Assembly (NCBI RefSeq): GCF_964204645.1
Contig: NC_134033.1
Coordinates: 11,726,655 to 11,790,654, forward strand
Direction: 5' to 3'
Origin: Tubulanus polymorphus
Lineage: Eukaryota > Animalia > Nemertea
Length of the DNA stretch: 64,000 bases
Positions 46,101-61,100 of the stretch are shown one piece after another (positions within the stretch are counted from its first letter, which is position 1; each line of letters starts with the position of its first letter). Both the position numbers and the translations under genes were made by a program. The notes beneath the pieces are model-generated. The model saw only the letters and a program-made list of their open reading frames with translations. It did not search any database and was not told the origin of the DNA.

Positions 46101-49100
46101 TGTCCATTCTGAAGGTATTTCGGCTGATCACATTTGCAAACCCTATCAACGGCGTTCATTTCAAAACCATTCTGACACTTGCAATCCGCGGATGCAGGAT
46201 CGTATTTGGAATTTTGTGGACATTCGCACTTGTTATTTTTCTCTACCATTACACCCGAACATTCGCATTTCTGATTTTGTGAGTTATAAACCATATTCGA
46301 GTCTTTACATTCACATTTACCATTTCGTTCAACCATACCCTTTTTACACTTTGCAGTCGTTGTTGTTGCAGGCTGCTTCGTTGTTTCAGTGGTCGGTGCT
46401 GGGCCTGCCGACGTTGTAACTGGTGGACTAGTCGTTGTCTTTTCGGGACTTGGAGGTGACGTTTTTGGTGTGGATTTCGTTGTCATTTGTCCACAAGTAT
46501 TCGTCGCACTATCCCACGTCGCTTTCCCGTCGCATTTACACATTTTTGTCGTTTGGTCAAACGTAGATCCAGAGACACATGATGTGCACTTGTTCGTCTT
46601 TTTATCGACGAACTTAGGTGCTTTACAAACGCAATTTTTACTGACGAGTGTAAAGCTATTTTTGCAATCGCATTTATCCCCATTTTCAGTCGATGCTGAA
46701 GGACAAACACATTTACCACTTTTGTCTCGGAACTTGTCACCTTTACAAGAATTCGGTTTACACGTTTTAGAGGCTTCGTCATATTGCAGTCCATTGGGAC
46801 ACGTTTCACATTTTCCATCCTTAACGTATTTCGGAGGATCACATTTGCAAACTTTATCAACGGCGTTCATTTGGAAACCATTTTCGCACTTACAATCCTT
46901 CGATGGTTCATCGTATTTAGAATTTTGTGGACATTCGCACTTGTTATTTTTCTCTACCATTACACCCGAACATTCGCATTTCTGATTTTGTGAGTTATAA
47001 ACCATCTTCGAGTCTTTACATTCACATTTACCATTTCGTTCAACCATACCCTTTTTACACTTTGCAGTCGTTGTTGTTGCAGGCTGCTTCGTTGTTTCAG
47101 TGGTCGGTGCTGGGCCTGCCGACGTTGTAACTGGTGGACTAGTCGTTGTCTTTTCGGGACTTGGAGGTGACGTTTTTGGTGTGGATTTCGTTGTCATTTG
47201 TCCACAAGTATTCGTCGCACTATCCCACGTCGCTTTGCCGTCGCATTTACACATTTTTGTCGTTTGGTCAAACGTAGATCCAGAGACACATGATGTGCAC
47301 TTGTTCGTCTTTTTATCGACGAACTTAGGTGCTTTACAAACGCAATTTTTACTGACGAGTGTAAAGCCATTTTTGCAATCGCATTTATCCCCATTTTCAG
47401 TCGATGCTGAAGGACAAACACATTTACCACTTTTGTCTCGGAACTTGTCACCTTTACAAGAATTCGGTTTACACGTTTTAGAGGCTTCGTCATATTGCTG
47501 TCCATTGGGACACGTTTCACATTTTCCATCCTTAACGTATTTCGGAGGATCACATTTGCAAACTTTATCAACGGCGTTCATTTGGAAACCATTTTCGCAC
47601 TTACAATCCTTCGATGGTTCATCGTATTTAGAATTTTGTGGACATTCGCACTTGTTATTTTTCTCTACCATTACACCCGAACATTCGCATTTCTGATTTT
47701 GTGAGTTATAAACCATCTTCGAGTCTTTACATTCACATTTACCATTTCGTTCAACCATACCCTTTTTACACTTTGCAGTCGTTGTTGTTGCAGGCTGCTT
47801 CGTTGTTTCAGTGGTCGGTGCTGGGCCTGCCGACGTTGTAACTGGTGGACTAGTCGTTGTCTTTTCGGGACTTGGAGGTGACGTTTTTGGTGTGGATTTC
47901 GTTGTCATTTGTCCACAAGTATTCGTCGCACTATCCCACGTCGCTTTCCCGTCGCATTTACACATTTTTGTCGTTTGGTCAAACGTAGATCCAGAGACAC
48001 ATGATGTGCACTTGTTCGTCTTTTTATCGACGAACTTAGGTGCTTTACAAACGCAATTTTTACTGACGAGTGTAAAGCTATTTTTGCAATCGCATTTATC
48101 CCCATTTTCAGTCGATGCTGAAGGACAAACACATTTACCACTTTTGTCTCGGAACTTGTCACCTTTACAAGAATTCGGTTTACACGTTTTAGAGGCTTCG
48201 TCATATTGCAGTCCATTGGGACACGTTTCACATTTTCCATCCTTAACGTATTTCGGAGGATCACATTTGCAAACTTTATCAACGGCGTTCATTTGGAAAC
48301 CATTTTCGCACTTACAATCCTTCGATGGTTCATCGTATTTAGAATTTTGTGGACATTCGCACTTGTTATTTTTCTCTACCATTACACCCGAACATTCGCA
48401 TTTCTGATTTTGTGAGTTATAAACCATCTTCGAGTCTTTACATTCACATTTACCATTTCGTTCAACCATACCCTTTTTACACTTTGCAGTCGTTGTTGTT
48501 GCAGGCTGCTTCGTTGTTTCAGTGGTCGGTGCTGGGCCTGCCGACGTTGTAACTGGTGGACTAGTCGTTGTCTTTTCGGGACTTGGAGGTGACGTTTTTG
48601 GTGTGGATTTCGTTGTCATTTGTCCACAAGTATTCGTCGCACTATCCCACGTCGCTTTGCCGTCGCATTTACACATTTTTGTCGTTTGGTCAAACGTAGA
48701 TCCAGAGACACATGATGTGCACTTGTTCGTCTTTTTATCGACGAACTTAGGTGCTTTACAAACGCAATTTTTACTGACGAGTGTAAAGCCATTTTTGCAA
48801 TCGCATTTATCCCCATTTTCAGTCGATGCTGAAGGACAAACACATTTACCACTTTTGTCTCGGAACTTGTCACCTTTACAAGAATTCGGTTTACACGTTT
48901 TAGAGGCTTCGTCATATTGCTGTCCATTGGGACACGTTTCACATTTTCCATCCTTAACGTATTTCGGAGGATCACATTTGCAAACTTTATCAACGGCGTT
49001 CATTTGGAAACCATTTTCGCACTTACAATCCTTCGATGGTTCATCGTATTTAGAATTTTGTGGACATTCGCACTTGTTATTTTTCTCTACCATTACACCC

Positions 49101-52100
49101 GAACATTCGCATTTCTGATTTTGTGAGTTATAAACCATCTTCGAGTCTTTACATTCACATTTACCATTTCGTTCAACCATACCCTTTTTACACTTCGCAG
49201 TCGTTGTTGTTGCAGGCTGCTTCGTTGTTTCAGTGGTCGGTGCTGGGCCTGCCGACGTTGTAACTGGTGGACTAGTCGTTGTCTTTTCGGGACTTGGAGG
49301 TGACGTTTTTGGTGTGGATTTCGTTGTCATTTGTCCACAAGTATTCGTCGCACTATCCCACGTCGCTTTCCCGTCGCATTTACACATTTTTGTCGTTTGG
49401 TCAAACGTAGATCCAGAGACACATGATGTGCACTTGTTCGTCTTTTTATCGACGAACTTAGGTGCTTTACAAACGCAATTTTTACTGACGAGTGTAAATC
49501 CATTTTTGCAATCGCATTTATCCCCATTTTCAGTCGATGCTGAAGGACAAACACATTTACCACTTTTGTCTCGGAACTTGTCACCTTTACAAGAATTCGG
49601 TTTACACGTTTTAGAGGCTTCGTCATATTGCTGTCCATTGGGACACGTTTCACATTTTCCATCCTTAACGTATTTCGGAGGATCACATTTGCAAACTTTA
49701 TCAACGGCGTTCATTTGGAAACCATTTTCGCACTTACAATCCTTCGATGGTTCATCGTATTTAGAATTTTGTGGACATTCGCACTTGTTATTTTTCTCTA
49801 CCATTACACCCGAACATTCGCATTTCTGATTTTGTGAGTTATAAACCATCTTCGAGTCTTTACATTCACATTTACCATTTCGTTCAACCATACCCTTTTT
49901 ACACTTTGCAGTCGTTGTTGTTGCAGGCTGCTTCGTTGTTTCAGTGGTCGGTGCTGGGCCTGCCGACGTTGTAACTGGTGGACTAGTCGTTGTCTTTTCG
50001 GGACTTGGAGGTGACGTTTTTGGTGTGGATTTCGTTGTCATTTGTCCACAAGTATTCGTCGCACTATCCCACGTCGCTTTCCCGTCGCATTTACACATTT
50101 TTGTCGTTTGGTCAAACGTAGATCCAGAGACACATGATGTGCACTTGTTCGTCTTTTTATCGACGAACTTAGGTGCTTTACAAACGCAATTTTTACTGAC
50201 GAGTGTAAAGCCATTTTTGCAATCGCATTTATCCCCATTTTCAGTCGATGCTGAAGGACAAACACATTTACCACTTTTGTCTCGGAACTTGTCACCTTTA
50301 CAAGAATTCGGTTTACACGTTTTAGAGGCTTCGTCATATTGCTGTCCATTGGGACACGTTTCACATTTTCCATCCTTAACGTATTTCGGAGGATCACATT
50401 TACAAACTTTATCAACGGCGTTCATTTGGAAACCATTTTCGCACTTACAATCCTTCGATGGTTCATCGTATTTAGAATTTTGTGGACATTCGCACTTGTT
50501 ATTTTTCTCTACCATTACACCCGAACATTCGCATTTCTGATTTTGTGAGTTATAAACCATCTTCGAGTCTTTACATTCACACTTACCATTTCGTTCAACC
50601 ATACCCTTTTTACACTTTGCAGTCGTTGTTGTTGCAGGCTGCTTCGTTGTTTCAGTGGTCGGTGCTGGGCCTGCCGACGTTGTAACTGGTGGACTAGTCG
50701 TTGTCTCTTCGGGACTTGGAGGTGACGTTTTTGGTGTGGATTTCGTTGTCATTTGTCCACAAGTATTCGTCGCACTATCCCACGTCGCTTTCCCGTCGCA
50801 TTTACACATTTTTGTCGTTTGGTCAAACGTAGATCCAGAGACACATGATGTGCACTTGTTCGTCTTTTTATCGACGAACTTAGGTGCTTTACAAACGCAA
50901 TTTTTACTGACGAGTGTAAAGCCATTTTTGCAATCGCATTTATCCCCATTTTCAGTCGATGCTGAAGGACAAACACATTTACCACTTTTGTCTCGGAACT
51001 TGTCACCTTTACAAGAATTCGGTTTACACGTTTTAGAGGCTTCGTCATATTGCTGTCCATTGGGACACGTTTCACATTTTCCATCCTTAACGTATTTCGG
51101 AGGATCACATTTGCAAACTTTATCAACGGCGTTCATTTGGAAACCATTTTCGCACTTACAATCCTTCGATGGTTCATCGTATTTAGAATTTTGTGGACAT
51201 TCGCACTTGTTATTTTTCTCTACCATTACACCCGAACATTCGCATTTCTGATTTTGTGAGTTATAAACCATCTTCGAGTCTTTACATTCACATTTACCAT
51301 TTCGTTCAACCATACCCTTTTTACACTTTGCAGTCGTTGTTGTTGCAGGCTGCTTCGTTGTTTTAGTGGTCGGTGCTGGGCCTGCCGACGTTGTAACTGG
51401 TGGACTAGTCGTTGTCTTTTCGGGACTTGGAGGTGACGTTTTTGGTGTGGATTTCGTTGTCATTTGTCCACAAGTATTCGTCGCACTATCCCACGTCGCT
51501 TTCCCGTCGCATTTACACATTTTTGTCGTTTGGTCAAACGTAGATCCAGAGACACATGATGTGCACTTGTTCGTCTTTTTATCGACGAACTTAGGTGCTT
51601 TACAAACGCAATTATTACTGACGAGTGTAAAGCCATTTTTGCAATCGCATTTATCCCCATTTTCAGTCGATGCTGAAGGACAAACACATTTACCACTTTT
51701 GTCTCGGAACTTGTCACCTTTACAAGAATTCGGTTTACACGTTTTAGAGGCTTCGTCATATTGCTGTCCATTGGGACACGTTTCACATTTTCCATCCTTA
51801 ACGTATTTCGGAGGATCACATTTGCAAACTTTATCAACGGCGTTCATTTGGAAACCATTTTCGCACTTACAATCCTTCGATGGTTCATCGTATTTAGAAT
51901 TTTGTGGACATTCGCACTTGTTATTTTTCTCTGCCATTACACCCGAACATTCGCATTTCTGATTTTGTGAGTTATAAACCATCTTCGAGTCTTTACATTC
52001 ACATTTACCATTTCGTTCAACCATACCCTTTTTACACTTTGCAGTCGTTGTTGTTGCAGGCTGCTTCGTTGTTTCAGTGGTCGGTGCTGGGCCTGCCGAC

Positions 52101-55100
52101 GTTGTAACTGGTGGACTAGTCGTTGTCTTTTCGGGACTTGGAGGTGACGTTTTTGGTGTGGATTTCGTTGTCATTTGTCCACAAGTATTCGTCGCACTAT
52201 CCCACGTCGCTTTCCCGTCGCATTTACACATTTTTGTCGTTTGGTCAAACGTAGATCCAGAGACACATGATGTGCACTTGTTCGTCTTTTTATCGACGAA
52301 CTTAGGTGCTTTACAAACGCAATTTTTACTGACGAGTGTAAAGCCATTTTTGCAATCGCATTTATCCCCATTTTCAGTCGATGCTGAAGGACAAACACAT
52401 TTACCACTTTTGTCTCGGAACTTGTCACCTTTACAAGAATTCGGTTTACACGTTTTAGAGGCTTCGTCATATTGCTGTCCATTGGGACACGTTTCACATT
52501 TTCCATCCTTAACGTATTTCGGAGGATCACATTTGCAAACTTTATCAACGGCGTTCATTTGGAAACCATTTTCGCACTTACAATCCTTCGATGGTTCATC
52601 GTATTTAGAATTTTGTGGACATTCGCACTTGTTATTTTTCTCTACCATTACACCCGAACATTCGCATTTCTGATTTTGTGAGTTATAAACCATCTTCGAG
52701 TCTTTACATTCACATTTACCATTTCGTTCAACCATACCCTTTTTACACTTTGCAGTCGTTGTTGTTGCAGGCTGCTTCGTTGTTTCAGTGGTCGGTGCTG
52801 GGCCTGCCGACGTTGTAACTGGTGGACTAGTCGTTGTCTTTTCGGGACTTGGAGGTGACGTTTTTGGTGTGGATTTCGTTGTCATTTGTCCACAAGTATT
52901 CGTCGCACTATCCCACGTCGCTTTCCCGTCGCATTTACACATTTTTGTCGTTTGGTCAAACGTAGATCCAGAGACACATGATGTGCACTTGTTCGTCTTT
53001 TTATCGACGAACTTAGGTGCTTTACAAACGCAATTATTACTGACGAGTGTAAAGCCATTTTTGCAATCGCATTTATCCCCATTTTCAGTCGATGCTGAAG
53101 GACAAACACATTTACCACTTTTGTCTCGGAACTTGTCACCTTTACAAGAATTCGGTTTACACGTTTTAGAGGCTTCGTCATATTGCTGTCCATTGGGACA
53201 CGTTTCACATTTTCCATCCTTAACGTATTTCGGAGGATCACATTTGCAAACTTTATCAACGGCGTTCATTTGGAAACCATTTTCGCACTTACAATCCTTC
53301 GATGGTTCATCGTATTTAGAATTTTGTGGACATTCGCACTTGTTATTTTTCTCTGCCATTACACCCGAACATTCGCATTTCTGATTTTGTGAGTTATAAA
53401 CCATCTTCGAGTCTTTACATTCACATTTACCATTTCGTTCAACCATACCCTTTTTACACTTTGCAGTCGTTGTTGTTGCAGGCTGCTTCGTTGTTTCAGT
53501 GGTCGGTGCTGGGCCTGCCGACGTTGTAACTGGTGGACTAGTCGTTGTCTTTTCGGGACTTGGAGGTGACGTTTTTGGTGTGGATTTCGTTGTCATTTGT
53601 CCACAAGTATTCGTCGCACTATCCCACGTCGCTTTCCCGTCGCATTTACACATTTTTGTCGTTTGGTCAAACGTAGATCCAGAGACACATGATGTGCACT
53701 TGTTCGTCTTTTTATCGACGAACTTAGGTGCTTTACAAACGCAATTTTTACTGACGAGTGTAAAGCTATTTTTGCAATCGCATTTATCCCCATTTTCAGT
53801 CGATGCTGAAGGACAAACACATTTACCACTTTTGTCTCGGAACTTGTCACCTTTACAAGAATTCGGTTTACACGTTTTAGAGGCTTCGTCATATTGCAGT
53901 CCATTGGGACACGTTTCACATTTTCCATCCTTAACGTATTTCGGAGGATCACATTTGCAAACTTTATCAACGGCGTTCATTTGGAAACCATTTTCGCACT
54001 TACAATCCTTCGATGGTTCATCGTATTTAGAATTTTGTGGACATTCGCACTTGTTATTTTTCTCTACCATTACACCCGAACATTCGCATTTCTGATTTTG
54101 TGAGTTATAAACCATCTTCGAGTCTTTACATTCACATTTACCATTTCGTTCAACCATACCCTTTTTACACTTTGCAGTCGTTGTTGTTGCAGGCTGCTTC
54201 GTTGTTTCAGTGGTCGGTGCTGGGCCTGCCGACGTTGTAACTGGTGGACTAGTCGTTGTCTTTTCGGGACTTGGAGGTGACGTTTTTGGTGTGGATTTCG
54301 TTGTCATTTGTCCACAAGTATTCGTCGCACTATCCCACGTCGCTTTGCCGTCGCATTTACACATTTTTGTCGTTTGGTCAAACGTAGATCCAGAGACACA
54401 TGATGTGCACTTGTTCGTCTTTTTATCGACGAACTTAGGTGCTTTACAAACGCAATTTTTACTGACGAGTGTAAAGCCATTTTTGCAATCGCATTTATCC
54501 CCATTTTCAGTCGATGCTGAAGGACAAACACATTTACCACTTTTGTCTCGGAACTTGTCACCTTTACAAGAATTCGGTTTACACGTTTTAGAGGCTTCGT
54601 CATATTGCTGTCCATTGGGACACGTTTCACATTTTCCATCCTTAACGTATTTCGGAGGATCACATTTGCAAACTTTATCAACGGCGTTCATTTGGAAACC
54701 ATTTTCGCACTTACAATCCTTCGATGGTTCATCGTATTTAGAATTTTGTGGACATTCGCACTTGTTATTTTTCTCTACCATTACACCCGAACATTCGCAT
54801 TTCTGATTTTGTGAGTTATAAACCATCTTCGAGTCTTTACATTCACATTTACCATTTCGTTCAACCATACCCTTTTTACACTTCGCAGTCGTTGTTGTTG
54901 CAGGCTGCTTCGTTGTTTCAGTGGTCGGTGCTGGGCCTGCCGACGTTGTAACTGGTGGACTAGTCGTTGTCTTTTCGGGACTTGGAGGTGACGTTTTTGG
55001 TGTGGATTTCGTTGTCATTTGTCCACAAGTATTCGTCGCACTATCCCACGTCGCTTTCCCGTCGCATTTACACATTTTTGTCGTTTGGTCAAACGTAGAT

Positions 55101-58100
55101 CCAGAGACACATGATGTGCACTTGTTCGTCTTTTTATCGACGAACTTAGGTGCTTTACAAACGCAATTTTTACTGACGAGTGTAAATCCATTTTTGCAAT
55201 CGCATTTATCCCCATTTTCAGTCGATGCTGAAGGACAAACACATTTACCACTTTTGTCTCGGAACTTGTCACCTTTACAAGAATTCGGTTTACACGTTTT
55301 AGAGGCTTCGTCATATTGCTGTCCATTGGGACACGTTTCACATTTTCCATCCTTAACGTATTTCGGAGGATCACATTTGCAAACTTTATCAACGGCGTTC
55401 ATTTGGAAACCATTTTCGCACTTACAATCCTTCGATGGTTCATCGTATTTAGAATTTTGTGGACATTCGCACTTGTTATTTTTCTCTACCATTACACCCG
55501 AACATTCGCATTTCTGATTTTGTGAGTTATAAACCATCTTCGAGTCTTTACATTCACATTTACCATTTCGTTCAACCATACCCTTTTTACACTTTGCAGT
55601 CGTTGTTGTTGCAGGCTGCTTCGTTGTTTCAGTGGTCGGTGCTGGGCCTGCCGACGTTGTAACTGGTGGACTAGTCGTTGTCTTTTCGGGACTTGGAGGT
55701 GACGTTTTTGGTGTGGATTTCGTTGTCATTTGTCCACAAGTATTCGTCGCACTATCCCACGTCGCTTTCCCGTCGCATTTACACATTTTTGTCGTTTGGT
55801 CAAACGTAGATCCAGAGACACATGATGTGCACTTGTTCGTCTTTTTATCGACGAACTTAGGTGCTTTACAAACGCAATTTTTACTGACGAGTGTAAAGCC
55901 ATTTTTGCAATCGCATTTATCCCCATTTTCAGTCGATGCTGAAGGACAAACACATTTACCACTTTTGTCTCGGAACTTGTCACCTTTACAAGAATTCGGT
56001 TTACACGTTTTAGAGGCTTCGTCATATTGCTGTCCATTGGGACACGTTTCACATTTTCCATCCTTAACGTATTTCGGAGGATCACATTTACAAACTTTAT
56101 CAACGGCGTTCATTTGGAAACCATTTTCGCACTTACAATCCTTCGATGGTTCATCGTATTTAGAATTTTGTGGACATTCGCACTTGTTATTTTTCTCTAC
56201 CATTACACCCGAACATTCGCATTTCTGATTTTGTGAGTTATAAACCATCTTCGAGTCTTTACATTCACACTTACCATTTCGTTCAACCATACCCTTTTTA
56301 CACTTTGCAGTCGTTGTTGTTGCAGGCTGCTTCGTTGTTTCAGTGGTCGGTGCTGGGCCTGCCGACGTTGTAACTGGTGGACTAGTCGTTGTCTCTTCGG
56401 GACTTGGAGGTGACGTTTTTGGTGTGGATTTCGTTGTCATTTGTCCACAAGTATTCGTCGCACTATCCCACGTCGCTTTCCCGTCGCATTTACACATTTT
56501 TGTCGTTTGGTCAAACGTAGATCCAGAGACACATGATGTGCACTTGTTCGTCTTTTTATCGACGAACTTAGGTGCTTTACAAACGCAATTTTTACTGACG
56601 AGTGTAAAGCCATTTTTGCAATCGCATTTATCCCCATTTTCAGTCGATGCTGAAGGACAAACACATTTACCACTTTTGTCTCGGAACTTGTCACCTTTAC
56701 AAGAATTCGGTTTACACGTTTTAGAGGCTTCGTCATATTGCTGTCCATTGGGACACGTTTCACATTTTCCATCCTTAACGTATTTCGGAGGATCACATTT
56801 GCAAACTTTATCAACGGCGTTCATTTGGAAACCATTTTCGCACTTACAATCCTTCGATGGTTCATCGTATTTAGAATTTTGTGGACATTCGCACTTGTTA
56901 TTTTTCTCTACCATTACACCCGAACATTCGCATTTCTGATTTTGTGAGTTATAAACCATCTTCGAGTCTTTACATTCACATTTACCATTTCGTTCAACCA
57001 TACCCTTTTTACACTTTGCAGTCGTTGTTGTTGCAGGCTGCTTCGTTGTTTTAGTGGTCGGTGCTGGGCCTGCCGACGTTGTAACTGGTGGACTAGTCGT
57101 TGTCTTTTCGGGACTTGGAGGTGACGTTTTTGGTGTGGATTTCGTTGTCATTTGTCCACAAGTATTCGTCGCACTATCCCACGTCGCTTTCCCGTCGCAT
57201 TTACACATTTTTGTCGTTTGGTCAAACGTAGATCCAGAGACACATGATGTGCACTTGTTCGTCTTTTTATCGACGAACTTAGGTGCTTTACAAACGCAAT
57301 TATTACTGACGAGTGTAAAGCCATTTTTGCAATCGCATTTATCCCCATTTTCAGTCGATGCTGAAGGACAAACACATTTACCACTTTTGTCTCGGAACTT
57401 GTCACCTTTACAAGAATTCGGTTTACACGTTTTAGAGGCTTCGTCATATTGCTGTCCATTGGGACACGTTTCACATTTTCCATCCTTAACGTATTTCGGA
57501 GGATCACATTTGCAAACTTTATCAACGGCGTTCATTTGGAAACCATTTTCGCACTTACAATCCTTCGATGGTTCATCGTATTTAGAATTTTGTGGACATT
57601 CGCACTTGTTATTTTTCTCTGCCATTACACCCGAACATTCGCATTTCTGATTTTGTGAGTTATAAACCATCTTCGAGTCTTTACATTCACATTTACCATT
57701 TCGTTCAACCATACCCTTTTTACACTTTGCAGTCGTTGTTGTTGCAGGCTGCTTCGTTGTTTCAGTGGTCGGTGCTGGGCCTGCCGACGTTGTAACTGGT
57801 GGACTAGTCGTTGTCTTTTCGGGACTTGGAGGTGACGTTTTTGGTGTGGATTTCGTTGTCATTTGTCCACAAGTATTCGTCGCACTATCCCACGTCGCTT
57901 TCCCGTCGCATTTACACATTTTTGTCGTTTGGTCAAACGTAGATCCAGAGACACATGATGTGCACTTGTTCGTCTTTTTATCGACGAACTTAGGTGCTTT
58001 ACAAACGCAATTTTTACTGACGAGTGTAAAGCCATTTTTGCAATCGCATTTATCCCCATTTTCAGTCGATGCTGAAGGACAAACACATTTACCACTTTTG

Positions 58101-61100
58101 TCTCGGAACTTGTCACCTTTACAAGAATTCGGTTTACACGTTTTAGAGGCTTCGTCATATTGCTGTCCATTGGGACACGTTTCACATTTTCCATCCTTAA
58201 CGTATTTCGGAGGATCACATTTGCAAACTTTATCAACGGCGTTCATTTGGAAACCATTTTCGCACTTACAATCCTTCGATGGTTCATCGTATTTAGAATT
58301 TTGTGGACATTCGCACTTGTTATTTTTCTCTACCATTACACCCGAACATTCGCATTTCTGATTTTGTGAGTTATAAACCATCTTCGAGTCTTTACATTCA
58401 CATTTACCATTTCGTTCAACCATACCCTTTTTACACTTTGCAGTCGTTGTTGTTGCAGGCTGCTTCGTTGTTTCAGTGGTCGGTGCTGGGCCTGCCGACG
58501 TTGTAACTGGTGGACTAGTCGTTGTCTTTTCGGGACTTGGAGGTGACGTTTTTGGTGTGGATTTCGTTGTCATTTGTCCACAAGTATTCGTCGCACTATC
58601 CCACGTCGCTTTCCCGTCGCATTTACACATTTTTGTCGTTTGGTCAAACGTAGATCCAGAGACACATGATGTGCACTTGTTCGTCTTTTTATCGACGAAC
58701 TTAGGTGCTTTACAAACGCAATTATTACTGACGAGTGTAAAGCCATTTTTGCAATCGCATTTATCCCCATTTTCAGTCGATGCTGAAGGACAAACACATT
58801 TACCACTTTTGTCTCGGAACTTGTCACCTTTACAAGAATTCGGTTTACACGTTTTAGAGGCTTCGTCATATTGCTGTCCATTGGGACACGTTTCACATTT
58901 TCCATCCTTAACGTATTTCGGAGGATCACATTTGCAAACTTTATCAACGGCGTTCATTTGGAAACCATTTTCGCACTTACAATCCTTCGATGGTTCATCG
59001 TATTTAGAATTTTGTGGACATTCGCACTTGTTATTTTTCTCTGCCATTACACCCGAACATTCGCATTTCTGATTTTGTGAGTTATAAACCATCTTCGAGT
59101 CTTTACATTCACATTTACCATTTCGTTCAACCATACCCTTTTTACACTTTGCAGTCGTTGTTGTTGCAGGCTGCTTCGTTGTTTCAGTGGTCGGTGCTGG
59201 GCCTGCCGACGTTGTAACTGGTGGACTAGTCGTTGTCTTTTCGGGACTTGGAGGTGACGTTTTTGGTGTGGATTTCGTTGTCATTTGTCCACAAGTATTC
59301 GTCGCACTATCCCACGTCGCTTTGCCGTCGCATTTACACATTTTTGTCGTTTGGTCAAACGTAGATCCAGAGACACATGATGTGCACTTGTTCGTCTTTT
59401 TATCGACGAACTTAGGTGCTTTACAAACGCAATTTTTACTGACGAGTGTAAAGCCATTTTTGCAATCGCATTTATCCCCATTTTCAGTCGATGCTGAAGG
59501 ACAAACACATTTACCACTTTTGTCTCGGAACTTGTCACCTTTACAAGAATTCGGTTTACACGTTTTAGAGGCTTCGTCATATTGCTGTCCATTGGGACAC
59601 GTTTCACATTTTCCATCCTTAACGTATTTCGGAGGATCACATTTGCAAACTTTATCAACGGCGTTCATTTGGAAACCATTTTCGCACTTACAATCCTTCG
59701 ATGGTTCATCGTATTTAGAATTTTGTGGACATTCGCACTTGTTATTTTTCTCTACCATTACACCCGAACATTCGCATTTCTGATTTTGTGAGTTATAAAC
59801 CATCTTCGAGTCTTTACATTCACATTTACCATTTCGTTCAACCATACCCTTTTTACACTTTGCAGTCGTTGTTGTTGCAGGCTGCTTCGTTGTTTCAGTG
59901 GTCGGTGCTGGGCCTGCCGACGTTGTAACTGGTGGACTAGTCGTTGTCTTTTCGGGACTTGGAGGTGACGTTTTTGGTGAGGATTTCGTTGTCATTTGTC
60001 CACAAGTATTCGTCGCACTATCCCACGTCGCTTTCCCGTCGCATTTACACATTTTTGTCGTTTGGTCAAACGTAGATCCAGAGACACATGATGTGCACTT
60101 GTTCGTCTTTTTATCGACGAACTTAGGTGCTTTACAAACGCAATTTTTACTGACGAGTGTAAAGCCATTTTTGCAATCGCATTTATCCCCATTTTCAGTC
60201 GATGCTGAAGGACAAACACATTTACCACTTTTGTCTCGGAACTTGTCACCTTTACAAGAATTCGGTTTACACGTTTTAGAGGCTTCGTCATATTGCTGTC
60301 CATTGGGACACGTTTCACATTTTCCATCCTTAACGTATTTCGGAGGATCACATTTGCAAACTTTATCAACGGCGTTCATTTGGAAACCATTTTCGCACTT
60401 ACAATCCTTCGATGGTTCATCGTATTTAGAATTTTGTGGACATTCGCACTTGTTATTTTTCTCTACCATTACACCCGAACATTCGCATTTCTGATTTTGT
60501 GAGTTATAAACCATCTTCGAGTCTTTACATTCACATTTACCATTTCGTTCAACCATACCCTTTTTACACTTTGCAGTCGTTGTTGTTGCAGGCTGCTTCG
60601 TTGTTTCAGTGGTCGGTGCTGGGCCTGCCGACGTTGTAACTGGTGGACTAGTCGTTGTCTTTTCGGGACTTGGAGGTGACGTTTTTGGTGTGGATTTCGT
60701 TGTCATTTGTCCACAAGTATTCGTCGCACTATCCCACGTCGCTTTGCCGTCGCATTTACACATTTTTGTCGTTTGGTCAAACGTAGATCCAGAGACACAT
60801 GATGTGCACTTGTTCGTCTTTTTATCGACGAACTTAGGTGCTTTACAAACGCAATTTTTACTGACGAGTGTAAAGCCATTTTTGCAATCGCATTTATCCC
60901 CATTTTCAGTCGATGCTGAAGGACAAACACATTTACCACTTTTGTCTCGGAACTTGTCACCTTTACAAGAATTCGGTTTACACGTTTTAGAGGCTTCGTC
61001 ATATTGCTGTCCATTGGGACACGTTTCACATTTTCCATCCTTAACGTATTTCGGAGGATCACATTTGCAAACTTTATCAACGGCGTTCATTTGGAAACCA

